Below, in pieces: positions 1-8,735 of a stretch of 64,000 nt of DNA; position 1 is the stretch's first letter; each line of letters opens with the position of its first letter. Made by a program: the position numbers and the translations under genes. The DNA is taken from the IMG/VR virus record IMGVR_UViG_3300036781_000303, positions 8,139 through 72,138 of that record; one strand, written 5' to 3'. The notes beneath the pieces are model-generated. The model did not search any database. It was not told the DNA's origin and saw only the letters and a program-made list of their open reading frames with translations. This stretch comes from a virus.

Positions 1-2
1 GC

Positions 3-455
3 TACAATCTGACGCTTGCTCATACATTCGACTACAACGTCGACGAGGCGGCATTCAACAGCGCCAAAGCATCCGATTTCAAGAAATTGAAAATCGATCG
101 CGATGCACTGTTCGTCATGAAGCCAGCGCTGTCACTCAAGGCATATCGCAAGCTCACCGAAGAACAACGTGCTTTTGTCGACGAGCTGCTTGACATCAAG
201 CCGAACAGTCCGCAACTGCACATCGTGCCCAAGACGGTCGAGCCGGTCAGCGAAAACGCTACCGAGCTTAGCGAACCGCCTACAGTGGTCACGCGTCGTT
301 CGCCACGTGCGCCACGCAAGGGCAAGCCGATACCAGCACCCGCCAAGGCAACGGCCAAGAAAACTGCACCGCCGCCACCCAAACCGTCGCGTACACCGAA
401 GGCGCCACCGCCGCCAGTCAAGCGTGGTCGCGGTCGACCGCGTAAAAATCCGTAG
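3..455 (+). CDS. 5'-truncated conserved phage protein with Pro/Lys-rich tail ending in an AT-hook
   Basis: Frame is open from the window edge (YNLTLAHTFDY...). The C-terminus KRGRGRPRK is a canonical AT-hook. Confidence 0.7.
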   Translation, partial: YNLTLAHTFDYNVDEAAFNSAKASDFKKLKIDRDALFVMKPALSLKAYRKLTEEQRAFVDELLDIKPNSPQLHIVPKTVEPVSENATELSEPPTVVTRRSPRAPRKGKPIPAPAKATAKKTAPPPPKPSRTPKAPPPPVKRGRGRPRKNP

Positions 456-603
456 CCATAGCCGCTATCATCCAACGCTTGACACGGACGAGACTGATGC
501 CACCACGCAAAACGCTTTATATTGCCATCAGGGCCGCGATCTATGGCGGTGAATACCACTTCGACCTGGCCGAACGCTGGGGTCTCTACAAGTAGGCGAC
601 CCC

Positions 604-864
604 ATGCAAATGGCAGTAATCAAACCCGCAGTCGACAAGCACGGCGAGCCCAGTGCACATACCATGGGTACGCACGTCGAAATCGCACCTGGCGTGTACC
701 TTCACCATGTGACACGCATTGAACTGTTGGCACGCGTCGATTCGCTTTGGCAAGCCACGATTCAATGCGACGTTCGTCTGCAGCCCATCAAAGCGACGCT
801 GCGTTTGCGCTTACCGCGACCGGGTCGCTATTACAGGCGCGGCGGTCGCGCCATTTGGAAGTAA
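604..864 (+). CDS. hypothetical protein
   Basis: ATG ORF, co-oriented and closely packed with the next gene. Confidence 0.55.
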   Translation: MQMAVIKPAVDKHGEPSAHTMGTHVEIAPGVYLHHVTRIELLARVDSLWQATIQCDVRLQPIKATLRLRLPRPGRYYRRGGRAIWK

Positions 865-866
865 TC

Positions 867-1115
867 ATGGCACTTGATGTATTGAACCCCAACCATGCTA
901 TGTCGCAAGCAGCTGTTGAATACCATTTGCAGCTGCTTGCCGTCATGGTTCATATGCAAGGCGGTCATGTCGTGATGTCCAAAGACGACATCGTCAGTTT
1001 CCCACAAGGCATGTGTATCGCCTTCGAAGAAAAACCGGACGGCCTTCACTTGGACTTGGTGACCAGAGAAGCTGCCGTCGAGCTGGCGCGCAAGCACGGC
1101 GGGCTGCCCACATGA
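867..1115 (+). CDS. hypothetical protein
   Basis: ATG just after the previous stop; ATGA overlap with the next gene. Confidence 0.6.
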   Translation: MALDVLNPNHAMSQAAVEYHLQLLAVMVHMQGGHVVMSKDDIVSFPQGMCIAFEEKPDGLHLDLVTREAAVELARKHGGLPT

Positions 1116-1837
1116 CGCTCGCTTGGTCGACCACCGAACAAGTCTCAAGCAGTAGCGGCGTCAAACTATTGACCTATGGCGAACCAGGCGCCGGCAAGAC
1201 ACTCATGTGCGCCACGCTACCGAAACCTGTGATCATCAGCGCCGAAGCGGGCTTGCTGTCACTGCGCAAGAAAAACCTTGAACGTCAGTTCGGCGTTGGG
1301 CACCCGTATGTGCGCGATATTCCTGTGCTGCAAGTGACGACATGGGAACAATTCGTCGAAGCGTATATGCTGTTCGCTAACCCAGCCAATCGCATGCGTG
1401 AGCACGCCTGGTCGATAGCCATCGACAGCGTGACTGAGGTCGCCGAAACCATTTTGCAAAAGCTGAAAACGGGCGCCCGCGATCCGCGCCAAGCGTATGG
1501 CGAAATGGCTGATCGCATTATCGGCATGGTGAAAAACTTTCGCGATCTGGCGGGCTTCCATGTCTATATCTCAGCGAAGCTTACCTACGACAAGGACGGT
1601 GAGAGCAATGGCATGAAGTTTCAACCACTCATGCCGGGTAAGCAAAGCGGCCCCGCGTTGCCCTACCTGTTCGATGAAGTCTTTCGCTTGGGTATCGGTA
1701 CGCACAACGATAAGAAGTATCGCTTTCTGCAGACCGGTAACGATCAGCAGTACGTGGCTAAGGATAGATCGGGTGCCTTAGACCTTTTCGAACCACCCGA
1801 TTTAACGCATGTGATCAATAAAATACTTGGAGGTTAA
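1112..1837 (+). CDS. Sak4-like/AAA_24 P-loop ATPase (phage recombinase)
   Basis: Walker A GEPGAGKT, Walker B IAIDS, LPYLFDEV and AKDRSG motifs; lies directly upstream of an SSB-like gene. Confidence 0.85.
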   Translation: MTLAWSTTEQVSSSSGVKLLTYGEPGAGKTLMCATLPKPVIISAEAGLLSLRKKNLERQFGVGHPYVRDIPVLQVTTWEQFVEAYMLFANPANRMREHAWSIAIDSVTEVAETILQKLKTGARDPRQAYGEMADRIIGMVKNFRDLAGFHVYISAKLTYDKDGESNGMKFQPLMPGKQSGPALPYLFDEVFRLGIGTHNDKKYRFLQTGNDQQYVAKDRSGALDLFEPPDLTHVINKILGG

Positions 1838-1840
1838 CCC

Positions 1841-2779
1841 ATGGGCATCAACCTAAGCACCGTCGACCTGTCGAACGTTGAGGCGCGAAAGCCTTACGAG
1901 CCGATCCCCGACAGTTGGCAGAATGCGGTGATTGTCAACACCGAAATGAAGCCGACCGCCGACGGTACCGGCCAGTATATGCAGGTCGAATCCGAAGTGA
2001 TCGACGGCCAGTACAAGGGCAGCAAGCTGTACGACCGCCTCAACCTGGTGAACAACAGCGAGACAGCGCGCGAAATCGCGTACAAGACGCTGAAATCGAT
2101 TTACCTTGCGGTGGGCAAGGTGCGCGTCAATGACAGCGCCGAGCTGCACGGTATCCCGTTCAAGATCAAGGTCAAGTATCGCGCCGGCCGCGTCGAGAAA
2201 GACGCTATGGGCAATGTGATCAAAGAGTATTCGCCTGGCAACGAGGTCGGCGGCTATGACCACATCACCAGCGATCACGCTACGGGCGCAGGCAGCTCTC
2301 TGGCATCGGGTGTGGCAGGTGCACCGGGTGGCACCCCGGCATGGGCTGCAGGCGGCACAGGGGCGGCTACTAGCACCGGTCCCGCGCTATCGGGCCCCAC
2401 AAACACGGCACCGCAGCCAGGGGGCACGTTTCAGCCGCCAGCCGGTGGGCAGCCTTGGGACAAGGGTCCGGTCCCAGGCGTCGCCAGCGCGCCAGCGGCA
2501 CCAGGCGCAGCCGGGGGTGGCTCGCCGCCGCAACCGACGCTTGAGCTGACGCCTGCCGGCGCTGAGGGCGGCCTGACGCTGCAGGACTACTACGACAACA
2601 AGTGGACCAACGATCAGCTTGTTGAGTTTGGCAAGGCGCGCTGGGTCCAGCCTGCGACCTTGACCGCACCAGGTACGCAGACTGGCCCTGGTGCACCGCC
2701 ATCGCCACTGAGTAACACGGGTGCGCCGCCTGCTGCCACGGGCGCGGCGAATGCACCCACACCCCCTTGGGCGCGTTGA
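1841..2779 (+). CDS. DUF669-like single-stranded DNA-binding protein with long Pro/Gly/Ala-rich tail
   Basis: N-terminal OB-like region (PIPDSW...GQYKGSKLYDRLNL), low-complexity tail ending PPWAR, and Sak4-SSB synteny. Confidence 0.75.
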   Translation: MGINLSTVDLSNVEARKPYEPIPDSWQNAVIVNTEMKPTADGTGQYMQVESEVIDGQYKGSKLYDRLNLVNNSETAREIAYKTLKSIYLAVGKVRVNDSAELHGIPFKIKVKYRAGRVEKDAMGNVIKEYSPGNEVGGYDHITSDHATGAGSSLASGVAGAPGGTPAWAAGGTGAATSTGPALSGPTNTAPQPGGTFQPPAGGQPWDKGPVPGVASAPAAPGAAGGGSPPQPTLELTPAGAEGGLTLQDYYDNKWTNDQLVEFGKARWVQPATLTAPGTQTGPGAPPSPLSNTGAPPAATGAANAPTPPWAR

Positions 2780-2804
2780 CGGCCTCGTCAGCGGCAACAC
2801 GCCC

Positions 2805-2848
2805 CACGGTGCATTAGGTTCATGGGCCTGATGCACCGTGTCTTATTT
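2805..2848 (+). terminator. intrinsic terminator-like hairpin
   Basis: About 15-bp stem CACGGTGCATTAGGT/GCCTGATGCACCGTG followed by TCTTATTT. Confidence 0.6.
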
Positions 2849-2867
2849 AGCCCATAGTGAGGTACAT

Positions 2868-3137
2868 ATGATGGACGAGGGACATGCACAAAACAGCCCG
2901 ATTCTGGGTTATCGCGATCTGTCACAAGCTGAAATCGAGCTGATCAACCAAATCAAATCTCAAGGCAGCGCACTCGATGCGTTGCTGGGTGATGTGCGCA
3001 AGAACATCGCCGATACCAGTGCTGAATTCGGTACCGGCGATGCGGAGCACTACCGCTGGGTATCGATCGCGCACACGCATTTGCAACAGGGTCTGATGGC
3101 GCTCACGCGCGCCGTCGCCAAGCCGACCAGTTTCTAA
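2868..3137 (+). CDS. acb2: Acb2-family anti-CBASS cyclic-nucleotide sponge
   Basis: 89 aa. IxGYRDLSQxEIxLINxIK and RWxSIAxTxLQxGLMALxRAVAKPxSF match my recollection of Acb2/T4 Vs.4. GAGGT RBS upstream. Confidence 0.88.
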   Translation: MMDEGHAQNSPILGYRDLSQAEIELINQIKSQGSALDALLGDVRKNIADTSAEFGTGDAEHYRWVSIAHTHLQQGLMALTRAVAKPTSF

Positions 3138-3168
3138 GCGCCAAGTAACACGTAGGCGTATTGTTTAC

Positions 3169-3242
3169 TGGGGTGTCGTCTAACGGTAGGACAGCAGCCT
3201 TTGACGTTGCTTATTCAGGTTCGAATCCTGGCGCCCCTGCCA
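3169..3242 (+). tRNA. tRNA-Gln (anticodon UUG)
   Basis: Cloverleaf with anticodon stem GCAGC/GTTGC around CT-TTG-AC, T arm TCAGG-TTCGAAT-CCTGG, and encoded 3' CCA. Confidence 0.9.
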
Positions 3243-3269
3243 CTTCACATCCGTTATGAGGGTTATGCC

Positions 3270-3626
3270 ATGTCGTTTGAAGAAAAGATCAAAGCCGAAA
3301 TGAACACGCTGCGCACCAAGATCGCGACCGAGTTCGATCAGCTCGTGCTCGATATCGAAAAGGTGTTCGGCAAGAACAATCATGTGGCACCGCTTATTCA
3401 AGGCGCCAGCACGAACGCTGTGGGCCATGTCGACGCGCACGCGACGGTGCTGGCTGAGTCGGCAGTCAGCGGTGACCACACCATTCATGACACACCTGTG
3501 CCGCCCGCTAGCGTGGCTGACACGAGCCAGGCGCAGCCACCTTGGGACGGCGTGGCAAAGAGCGACGACGCCAACACGCAGTCCGATAGCAACGGCGACA
3601 AGGCCGCCGACGAATCCACCAAGTAA
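3270..3626 (+). CDS. hypothetical protein
   Basis: GAGGG RBS and ATG; followed by a terminator. Confidence 0.7.
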   Translation: MSFEEKIKAEMNTLRTKIATEFDQLVLDIEKVFGKNNHVAPLIQGASTNAVGHVDAHATVLAESAVSGDHTIHDTPVPPASVADTSQAQPPWDGVAKSDDANTQSDSNGDKAADESTK

Positions 3627-3645
3627 TAGCCTGGCAGCGGGCTTT

Positions 3646-3676
3646 AGGGCTGGCCTTGTGCCGGCCCTCTTTTTCT
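3646..3676 (+). terminator. intrinsic terminator
   Basis: AGGGCTGGC/GCCGGCCCT stem followed by CTTTTTCT. Confidence 0.75.
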
Positions 3677-3688
3677 CAAGGACGCGTT

Positions 3689-4147
3689 ATGAGCGAAGAC
3701 AAGAAAGAATTGTTTTGCGTGCGATGCTTCGCGAGTGAATCAGCGGGCTCGATGGGTGGCACGATAAGCCCCACCGATAAGCAAGGCGCGCTGTGCGGCA
3801 ATTGCGGCGCAATCAATGCAGCCGTCCCATTGTCACCTAAAGCCATCGAATCGATTCGTGAACAAGCCAGCTGGGTAGGCAAGCGCTTTTACCCGCATGG
3901 CGAAGATATCGATGCACGAGCAGAACGCAAGCGCCTGTTGAAGCAGGTCATGACCTACGCCGGCAGAACGGCCGTGCTTGCCCCTGAGCACGTGCATAAA
4001 GACGTGACCTGGTTTGTGTCGCAGCGTATCGGCCCGAACGCTAGCGTGTCGGTGTACGTGCAAGCAGACACAGCATTCACTGCCATGGCCACCGATCGCC
4101 TGCCCTTTTTCGATATCGATACCGTCGCCTCATGGGAGAAACCGTGA
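3689..4147 (+). CDS. hypothetical protein with two CxxC motifs
   Basis: CVRC and CGNC motifs; AAGGA RBS. Confidence 0.65.
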   Translation: MSEDKKELFCVRCFASESAGSMGGTISPTDKQGALCGNCGAINAAVPLSPKAIESIREQASWVGKRFYPHGEDIDARAERKRLLKQVMTYAGRTAVLAPEHVHKDVTWFVSQRIGPNASVSVYVQADTAFTAMATDRLPFFDIDTVASWEKP

Positions 4148-4641
4148 TGTTCTTTACTTTTGGCAAGTGGCTAGCGGATAAACTGTTTCTCAGGCTCGCT
4201 ATGCGCATGCTCAATAGCGAACCTGATTTCATCGTCGGTGGCAAAGAAACACCGTATATGCTGCGCTGGTTCGTGATACCGCGTAACCGTTTCTTCAACA
4301 TCTATCTGCATCGCTTTTTGCGCAGCGACGACGATCGCGCGCATCACGATCACCCGTGGCTTTTCAATGCGTCCTTTCTGTTGCAGGGGCGCTACATCGA
4401 GCACGTGATACATAAGGGTGGTACCGATGTGAAAACAGGCTATAGCACAGGCAACCTGCGCATACGCCTGGGTGCTGCACCCCATCGCATCGAGTTGATC
4501 GGCTCGTCGTGCGTGACGCTTTTCATCACAGGTCCTGTGGTTCGTGTCTGGCGTTTTCATTGCCCACATGGCTATGTGAACTGGAAAGATTTTGTCGATA
4601 GCCGCGATGCCGGCGCCATCGGCAAAGGGTGTGGTGATTGA
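4147..4641 (+). CDS. cupin-like conserved phage protein
   Basis: YLHRFLRSDDDRAHHDHPW...HRIEL His-rich cupin-like motif. Confidence 0.65.
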   Translation: MFFTFGKWLADKLFLRLAMRMLNSEPDFIVGGKETPYMLRWFVIPRNRFFNIYLHRFLRSDDDRAHHDHPWLFNASFLLQGRYIEHVIHKGGTDVKTGYSTGNLRIRLGAAPHRIELIGSSCVTLFITGPVVRVWRFHCPHGYVNWKDFVDSRDAGAIGKGCGD

Positions 4642-4642
4642 T

Positions 4643-5188
4643 ATGCTGCTATGGCATCAACCCATACGACCGCCTCGCGAGTTAGCCACTGAGCAAGTCT
4701 TCGCGCAGCTGTGGCATGAACGCATGAGGCGCAAGCGCGATGGCGAAAAACCCTTTGCAAGCATCATTCACGACTATACGTGTCGTGACACACGCATCGT
4801 GGCGTCCATCGTTACGTGGTTCGGCACAAATTGTGGCAACAGCTTCTTGCTTGAAGCGCGGCGCTTGAAGGACAAGGCTGTCCCCTGGGCCTACCTGGCG
4901 CAATGGGCTATCAACAATCGTCGGCAATCGAGTATCAACAGCGGTGTTCGCCTGTTGGAACATATTTGCGCCGACAGAATCGATGACAGCATCACGATTG
5001 CGCAACGCGTGTATTTCGAGTGCGAGCTTACTGTTGCCGACTACGAAGTTGCGGACAGCTTCATGGTCTGGCTTTCGTGCACTGACGCGCAACAATTCAT
5101 CAGCGACTGCGAATGCGAAATCGAAGCGCGCAGACTCAAGCTGTCCGACGAAAGCCGTCGCCTACTTCGCCTGAGAGGCACCTCATGA
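4643..5188 (+). CDS. hypothetical protein
   Basis: Tightly packed ORF. Confidence 0.6.
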   Translation: MLLWHQPIRPPRELATEQVFAQLWHERMRRKRDGEKPFASIIHDYTCRDTRIVASIVTWFGTNCGNSFLLEARRLKDKAVPWAYLAQWAINNRRQSSINSGVRLLEHICADRIDDSITIAQRVYFECELTVADYEVADSFMVWLSCTDAQQFISDCECEIEARRLKLSDESRRLLRLRGTS

Positions 5189-5763
5189 TTCGCTTGCCCA
5201 TCTATCTGCAGTTCGACCACGACAAGCTTGTTGGCATGGTCGACATCGACGAAACATCATTGCCCTCATTACCCAATTTTCACTTGGCCTTGGGTTATCA
5301 GGTACTAGCCATCGACAATAGCGGTCTTACTAAGGGATACAAGCTTAAAGCATTGGGCGTAGTGCCTGACAATAACTTCAAGGGCTGGCCCCAGAGTGTC
5401 AAAAGGATACGCCGGCTTTTGCCTACAGAGCATTTCGAAGGGTATTCGTTCATTGACCCACAGAATCAGGTCGTGGGGCCTTTCGAAACGCAAGAGCGCA
5501 TGGAATATGTTATTTCGAGTAGCTACTTCGAATGTGCGGTAAGCAATGAAGCTGACGCCAATGTCGCGCAAGAACCACAAAAACAAGTCAGCACTAACCC
5601 GTTGCTTGCTGAGTTTGGATCATTACTCGACACGATGGACCCGTGGAATAACGCGACACGGCGCTATGCTATAGAAAATGCTGATTGGATTCGTTGGCAC
5701 AAGCTTTTTTTGAGTGTTCGCTCAGTCGTGCTCGCACAGCAAACACCACCGGACAATGCGTAA
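5185..5763 (+). CDS. hypothetical protein
   Basis: GAGG RBS; ATGA overlap. Confidence 0.6.
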   Translation: MIRLPIYLQFDHDKLVGMVDIDETSLPSLPNFHLALGYQVLAIDNSGLTKGYKLKALGVVPDNNFKGWPQSVKRIRRLLPTEHFEGYSFIDPQNQVVGPFETQERMEYVISSSYFECAVSNEADANVAQEPQKQVSTNPLLAEFGSLLDTMDPWNNATRRYAIENADWIRWHKLFLSVRSVVLAQQTPPDNA

Positions 5764-6737
5764 TGGCTAATGTCTGGCTAGCTACAAAGACCAAGGCTGC
5801 AATCAACGCGGCCATCGCGGCCGACAATGGCAACGCTTACCGTGGCTGGCTCGGTAAGGTGCTGCCACATATGCACGACGCCTACGCGACAGGCGAAGAC
5901 AAAGTGCGTTCACACCTGGGCGCCAGCATCGTTGGTCAAGCCTGCGATCGCGCGCTAGCCTTCGCCTGGTTGTGGGTAAGCGCTGATGCACGGCCGCGCG
6001 GCAAGAAAGATGAAGACCCTACAGCGGCACACGGTCGCATGCTGCGCTTGTGGAATCGTGGTCATCTCGAAGAGGGGCGAATCATTGCGCAATTGCTTTG
6101 TGCCGGCGTGCAAATCTACCAACAGGATGCTAACGGTAAGCAATTTCGTATCAGCGACCTGGGCGGCCATTTCAGCGGCAGTTGCGATGGCGTAGCGATG
6201 GGCGTGCCTGATCTGCCGATGGGTATACCCTGTCTTACCGAGTACAAAACACACGGCGAGAAATCATTTCTCAAGCTGATTGAAGATGGCGTGCGGCTAT
6301 CAAAGCCTGAGCACTACATCCAAATGCAAATGTACATGAGCAAGTTAGGGCTGCAGTACGCGCTTTATTTTGCCAGCAACAAGAACGACGACGAAATCCA
6401 TCTAGAAATCGTCACCTATGACGGCGTGACAGACGCCACCTATCTTGAGCGTGCACGCAGCATCATATTCGCCGACCCGAAAATGTTGCCGCCACGTATC
6501 AACGGCGCCAGCCCGGCGTTCTTTCAATGCAAGTACATGTGTGATCACAAGCCGGTGTGCTTTCATACCGTGCAACCCATGCGTAGCTGCCGTTCATGCA
6601 AGGACAGCAAACCATTACCCGAAGGCGGTTGGGTCTGCCTGGACACAGGCGAGGTGCTTGATAAGGCAGCCCAGCTGCGTGCCTGTGGCAACTACCAGGT
6701 CAGCCCACGTTTCGCCGCAAAGAGAGCTCTTTCATAA
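5763..6737 (+). CDS. PD-(D/E)XK Cas4-like exonuclease
   Basis: HLGAS..G..C, SCDG, EYKT, HYIQMQMY motifs and a C-terminal Cys cluster. Confidence 0.85.
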   Translation: MANVWLATKTKAAINAAIAADNGNAYRGWLGKVLPHMHDAYATGEDKVRSHLGASIVGQACDRALAFAWLWVSADARPRGKKDEDPTAAHGRMLRLWNRGHLEEGRIIAQLLCAGVQIYQQDANGKQFRISDLGGHFSGSCDGVAMGVPDLPMGIPCLTEYKTHGEKSFLKLIEDGVRLSKPEHYIQMQMYMSKLGLQYALYFASNKNDDEIHLEIVTYDGVTDATYLERARSIIFADPKMLPPRINGASPAFFQCKYMCDHKPVCFHTVQPMRSCRSCKDSKPLPEGGWVCLDTGEVLDKAAQLRACGNYQVSPRFAAKRALS

Positions 6738-8384
6738 ATGGGCTTGATGCTACGCGACTATCAGAAAGCCGCCGTCGATGCGGTGTGGGGATACTTTAAC
6801 GGGAAAACAGGCAACCCGCTGGTAGCGCTGCCGACTGGCACAGGTAAGTCCTTGGTCATCGGCGGGTTTATTCATTCGGTCTTTCAGTCGTATAGCGGCA
6901 TCAACGTGTGGATGCTTACACACGTCAAGAAGCTCATACAACAGAACTTCACCAAGCTTCTTGAATACTGGCCCACGGCACCAGCCGGCATCTATAGCGC
7001 AGGGCTCAAGCGCCGCGAAACCAACAATCCTATTCTGTTCGGCGGCATCGGCAGCGTTATCAATGTAGCGCATTTGCTCGCTGCACCTGACTTGCTCGTC
7101 ATCGACGAGGCACATCTTGTTTCGCCTGAAAACGAAACGATGTATCGGCGTTTGATCGATGCGCTGTTGAAGCGCAACCCCAAAATGAAAGTCATTGGCT
7201 TGTCTGCCACGTGCTATCGCATGGGCCTGGGCAGCCTGACCGAAGGCGGTATCTTTACCGATATTTGCTTCGACATGACAGGCATGGAAGCCTTCAATTG
7301 GCTAGTGCAGCAAGGCCACTTAGCGCCATTGCACGCTATACGCGCGAACTATCGATACGACGTAGGAAATGTTCCTATTGTAAATGGCGACTACGTAAAG
7401 AGCGCCTTGCAAGAGGCTGCTAACCATCGCGACATCAACGAGATTGTACTCGATGAAATTGCGCAACACGCGTCGCAGCGCAATCGATGGATGATATTCG
7501 CCACAGGCATCAAGCATGTCGACGCTCTGACCGAGATACTGAACGTACATGGTATCGACACAGTAGGTATTCATAGCAAGCTGGACCCTGGCGAACACGA
7601 CGAGTTACTTGATGCCTTTACCAGAGGCCAGGTGCGTTGTGCCATCAGCATGGACGAATTGACGACTGGTGTGGACATCCCCGAAGTCGACTATATCGGC
7701 ATGTTGCGTACGACGCAGAGTACGAATCGTTGGGTGCAAATGTTGGGCCGTGGAACGCGACCTGCACCTTGGGTGCATAAACTCGATTGCTTGGTGGGCG
7801 ATTTCACGACGAACTCAAGCGAGCTGGGACCTATCAACGATCCTGTGCTACCGTGTCCACCGCGTGAGCGCAAGAAAGGCAGCGTGGCGCCGACGGCGCC
7901 TATCAAAGAATGCCCAGGTCGGCATAAGACCGGCGAACTGTGCAAGAGCTTTATTCATGCCAGCCTGGGTACATGTCCGCACTGCCAGCATATCTTTGCT
8001 ACACCTGTGCATCTGCTGACCACACCCAGTGGTGTAGAAGTCATGCGGCTCGATGACCCGATCGTCGAGCCGATCGATGTGATGCACGTAACATACAACG
8101 TTCACCACAAGCGTAACGGTATCGATAGCATGCTGGTGACATATCATTGTCGCGGTGAAGACAATGGCGACATACCGCGTCGATTCAAAGATTATGTCTG
8201 CTTCGAGCATGAAGGTAAGGCACGCATGCGCGCACACAACTGGTGGCGTGAGCGATGCGTAGACATACCGCCGCCAGACACTGTGCAGCGTGCCATCGAT
8301 TTGTCGCACAAGCTGCGTATACCCAAGCGCGTTTTAGTTTGGATCAATCGTTCTCAACCTGAGATACAAAGCTATGTCTACTGA
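6738..8384 (+). CDS. SF2 DEAH-box helicase (RadD/YejH-like) with Zn finger
   Basis: LRDYQ, PTGTGKS, DEAH, SAT and QMLGRGTR motifs; C-terminal CPHC. Confidence 0.92.
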   Translation: MGLMLRDYQKAAVDAVWGYFNGKTGNPLVALPTGTGKSLVIGGFIHSVFQSYSGINVWMLTHVKKLIQQNFTKLLEYWPTAPAGIYSAGLKRRETNNPILFGGIGSVINVAHLLAAPDLLVIDEAHLVSPENETMYRRLIDALLKRNPKMKVIGLSATCYRMGLGSLTEGGIFTDICFDMTGMEAFNWLVQQGHLAPLHAIRANYRYDVGNVPIVNGDYVKSALQEAANHRDINEIVLDEIAQHASQRNRWMIFATGIKHVDALTEILNVHGIDTVGIHSKLDPGEHDELLDAFTRGQVRCAISMDELTTGVDIPEVDYIGMLRTTQSTNRWVQMLGRGTRPAPWVHKLDCLVGDFTTNSSELGPINDPVLPCPPRERKKGSVAPTAPIKECPGRHKTGELCKSFIHASLGTCPHCQHIFATPVHLLTTPSGVEVMRLDDPIVEPIDVMHVTYNVHHKRNGIDSMLVTYHCRGEDNGDIPRRFKDYVCFEHEGKARMRAHNWWRERCVDIPPPDTVQRAIDLSHKLRIPKRVLVWINRSQPEIQSYVY

Positions 8385-8598
8385 AAAATACCCTGGTCTC
8401 GACCCTGACCTTGCTAATGGCCTGCACAACCTGGCCATGCGTGTTGCCGCGATCGTGCGTGAGAAGCGCAAGTGCTGCATTCACTGCGTTAACTGGCAGG
8501 CCGACACTGAGATATGCAAGCCAGCCGGCAAGCGACCACCGGCCAAGATCATCGCTTTTGGCTGCCAGTCGTACAACGAGGATGATATACCGTTTTAA
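8374..8598 (+). CDS. small Cys-rich protein
   Basis: CIHC...C...C; ends DDIPF. Confidence 0.65.
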   Translation: MSTEKYPGLDPDLANGLHNLAMRVAAIVREKRKCCIHCVNWQADTEICKPAGKRPPAKIIAFGCQSYNEDDIPF

Positions 8599-8647
8599 TT
8601 CTAACCTGAAAAGGGATTAAAAATATCAATCGCTCGTTCAGGTTGTT

Positions 8648-8691
8648 TGGATGTCAGTTCGGAGTAAAGCGAGTAGGCTTTGCGGCACGGG
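8648..8691 (+). promoter_or_regulatory. putative sigma70-like early promoter
   Basis: ATGTCA-N17-TAGGCT in an intergenic gap; motif is shared with 27326-27380. Confidence 0.5.
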
Positions 8692-8735
8692 CTAGCTCTG
8701 TGCTAGACCAGACTACCTGACGAGGAGCACTAGAC

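Noticed and set aside
2822-2856. Alternative ATGGGC/GCCCAT pairing between the hairpin top and the acb2 leader
   Set aside because: Only 6 bp and competing with a much stronger stem; insufficient evidence for a switch.
5763-6737. Cas4-like nuclease as a sign of CRISPR-Cas
   Set aside because: No repeat-spacer array or other cas genes are seen. Solo Cas4-like exonucleases are normal in phage recombination modules.
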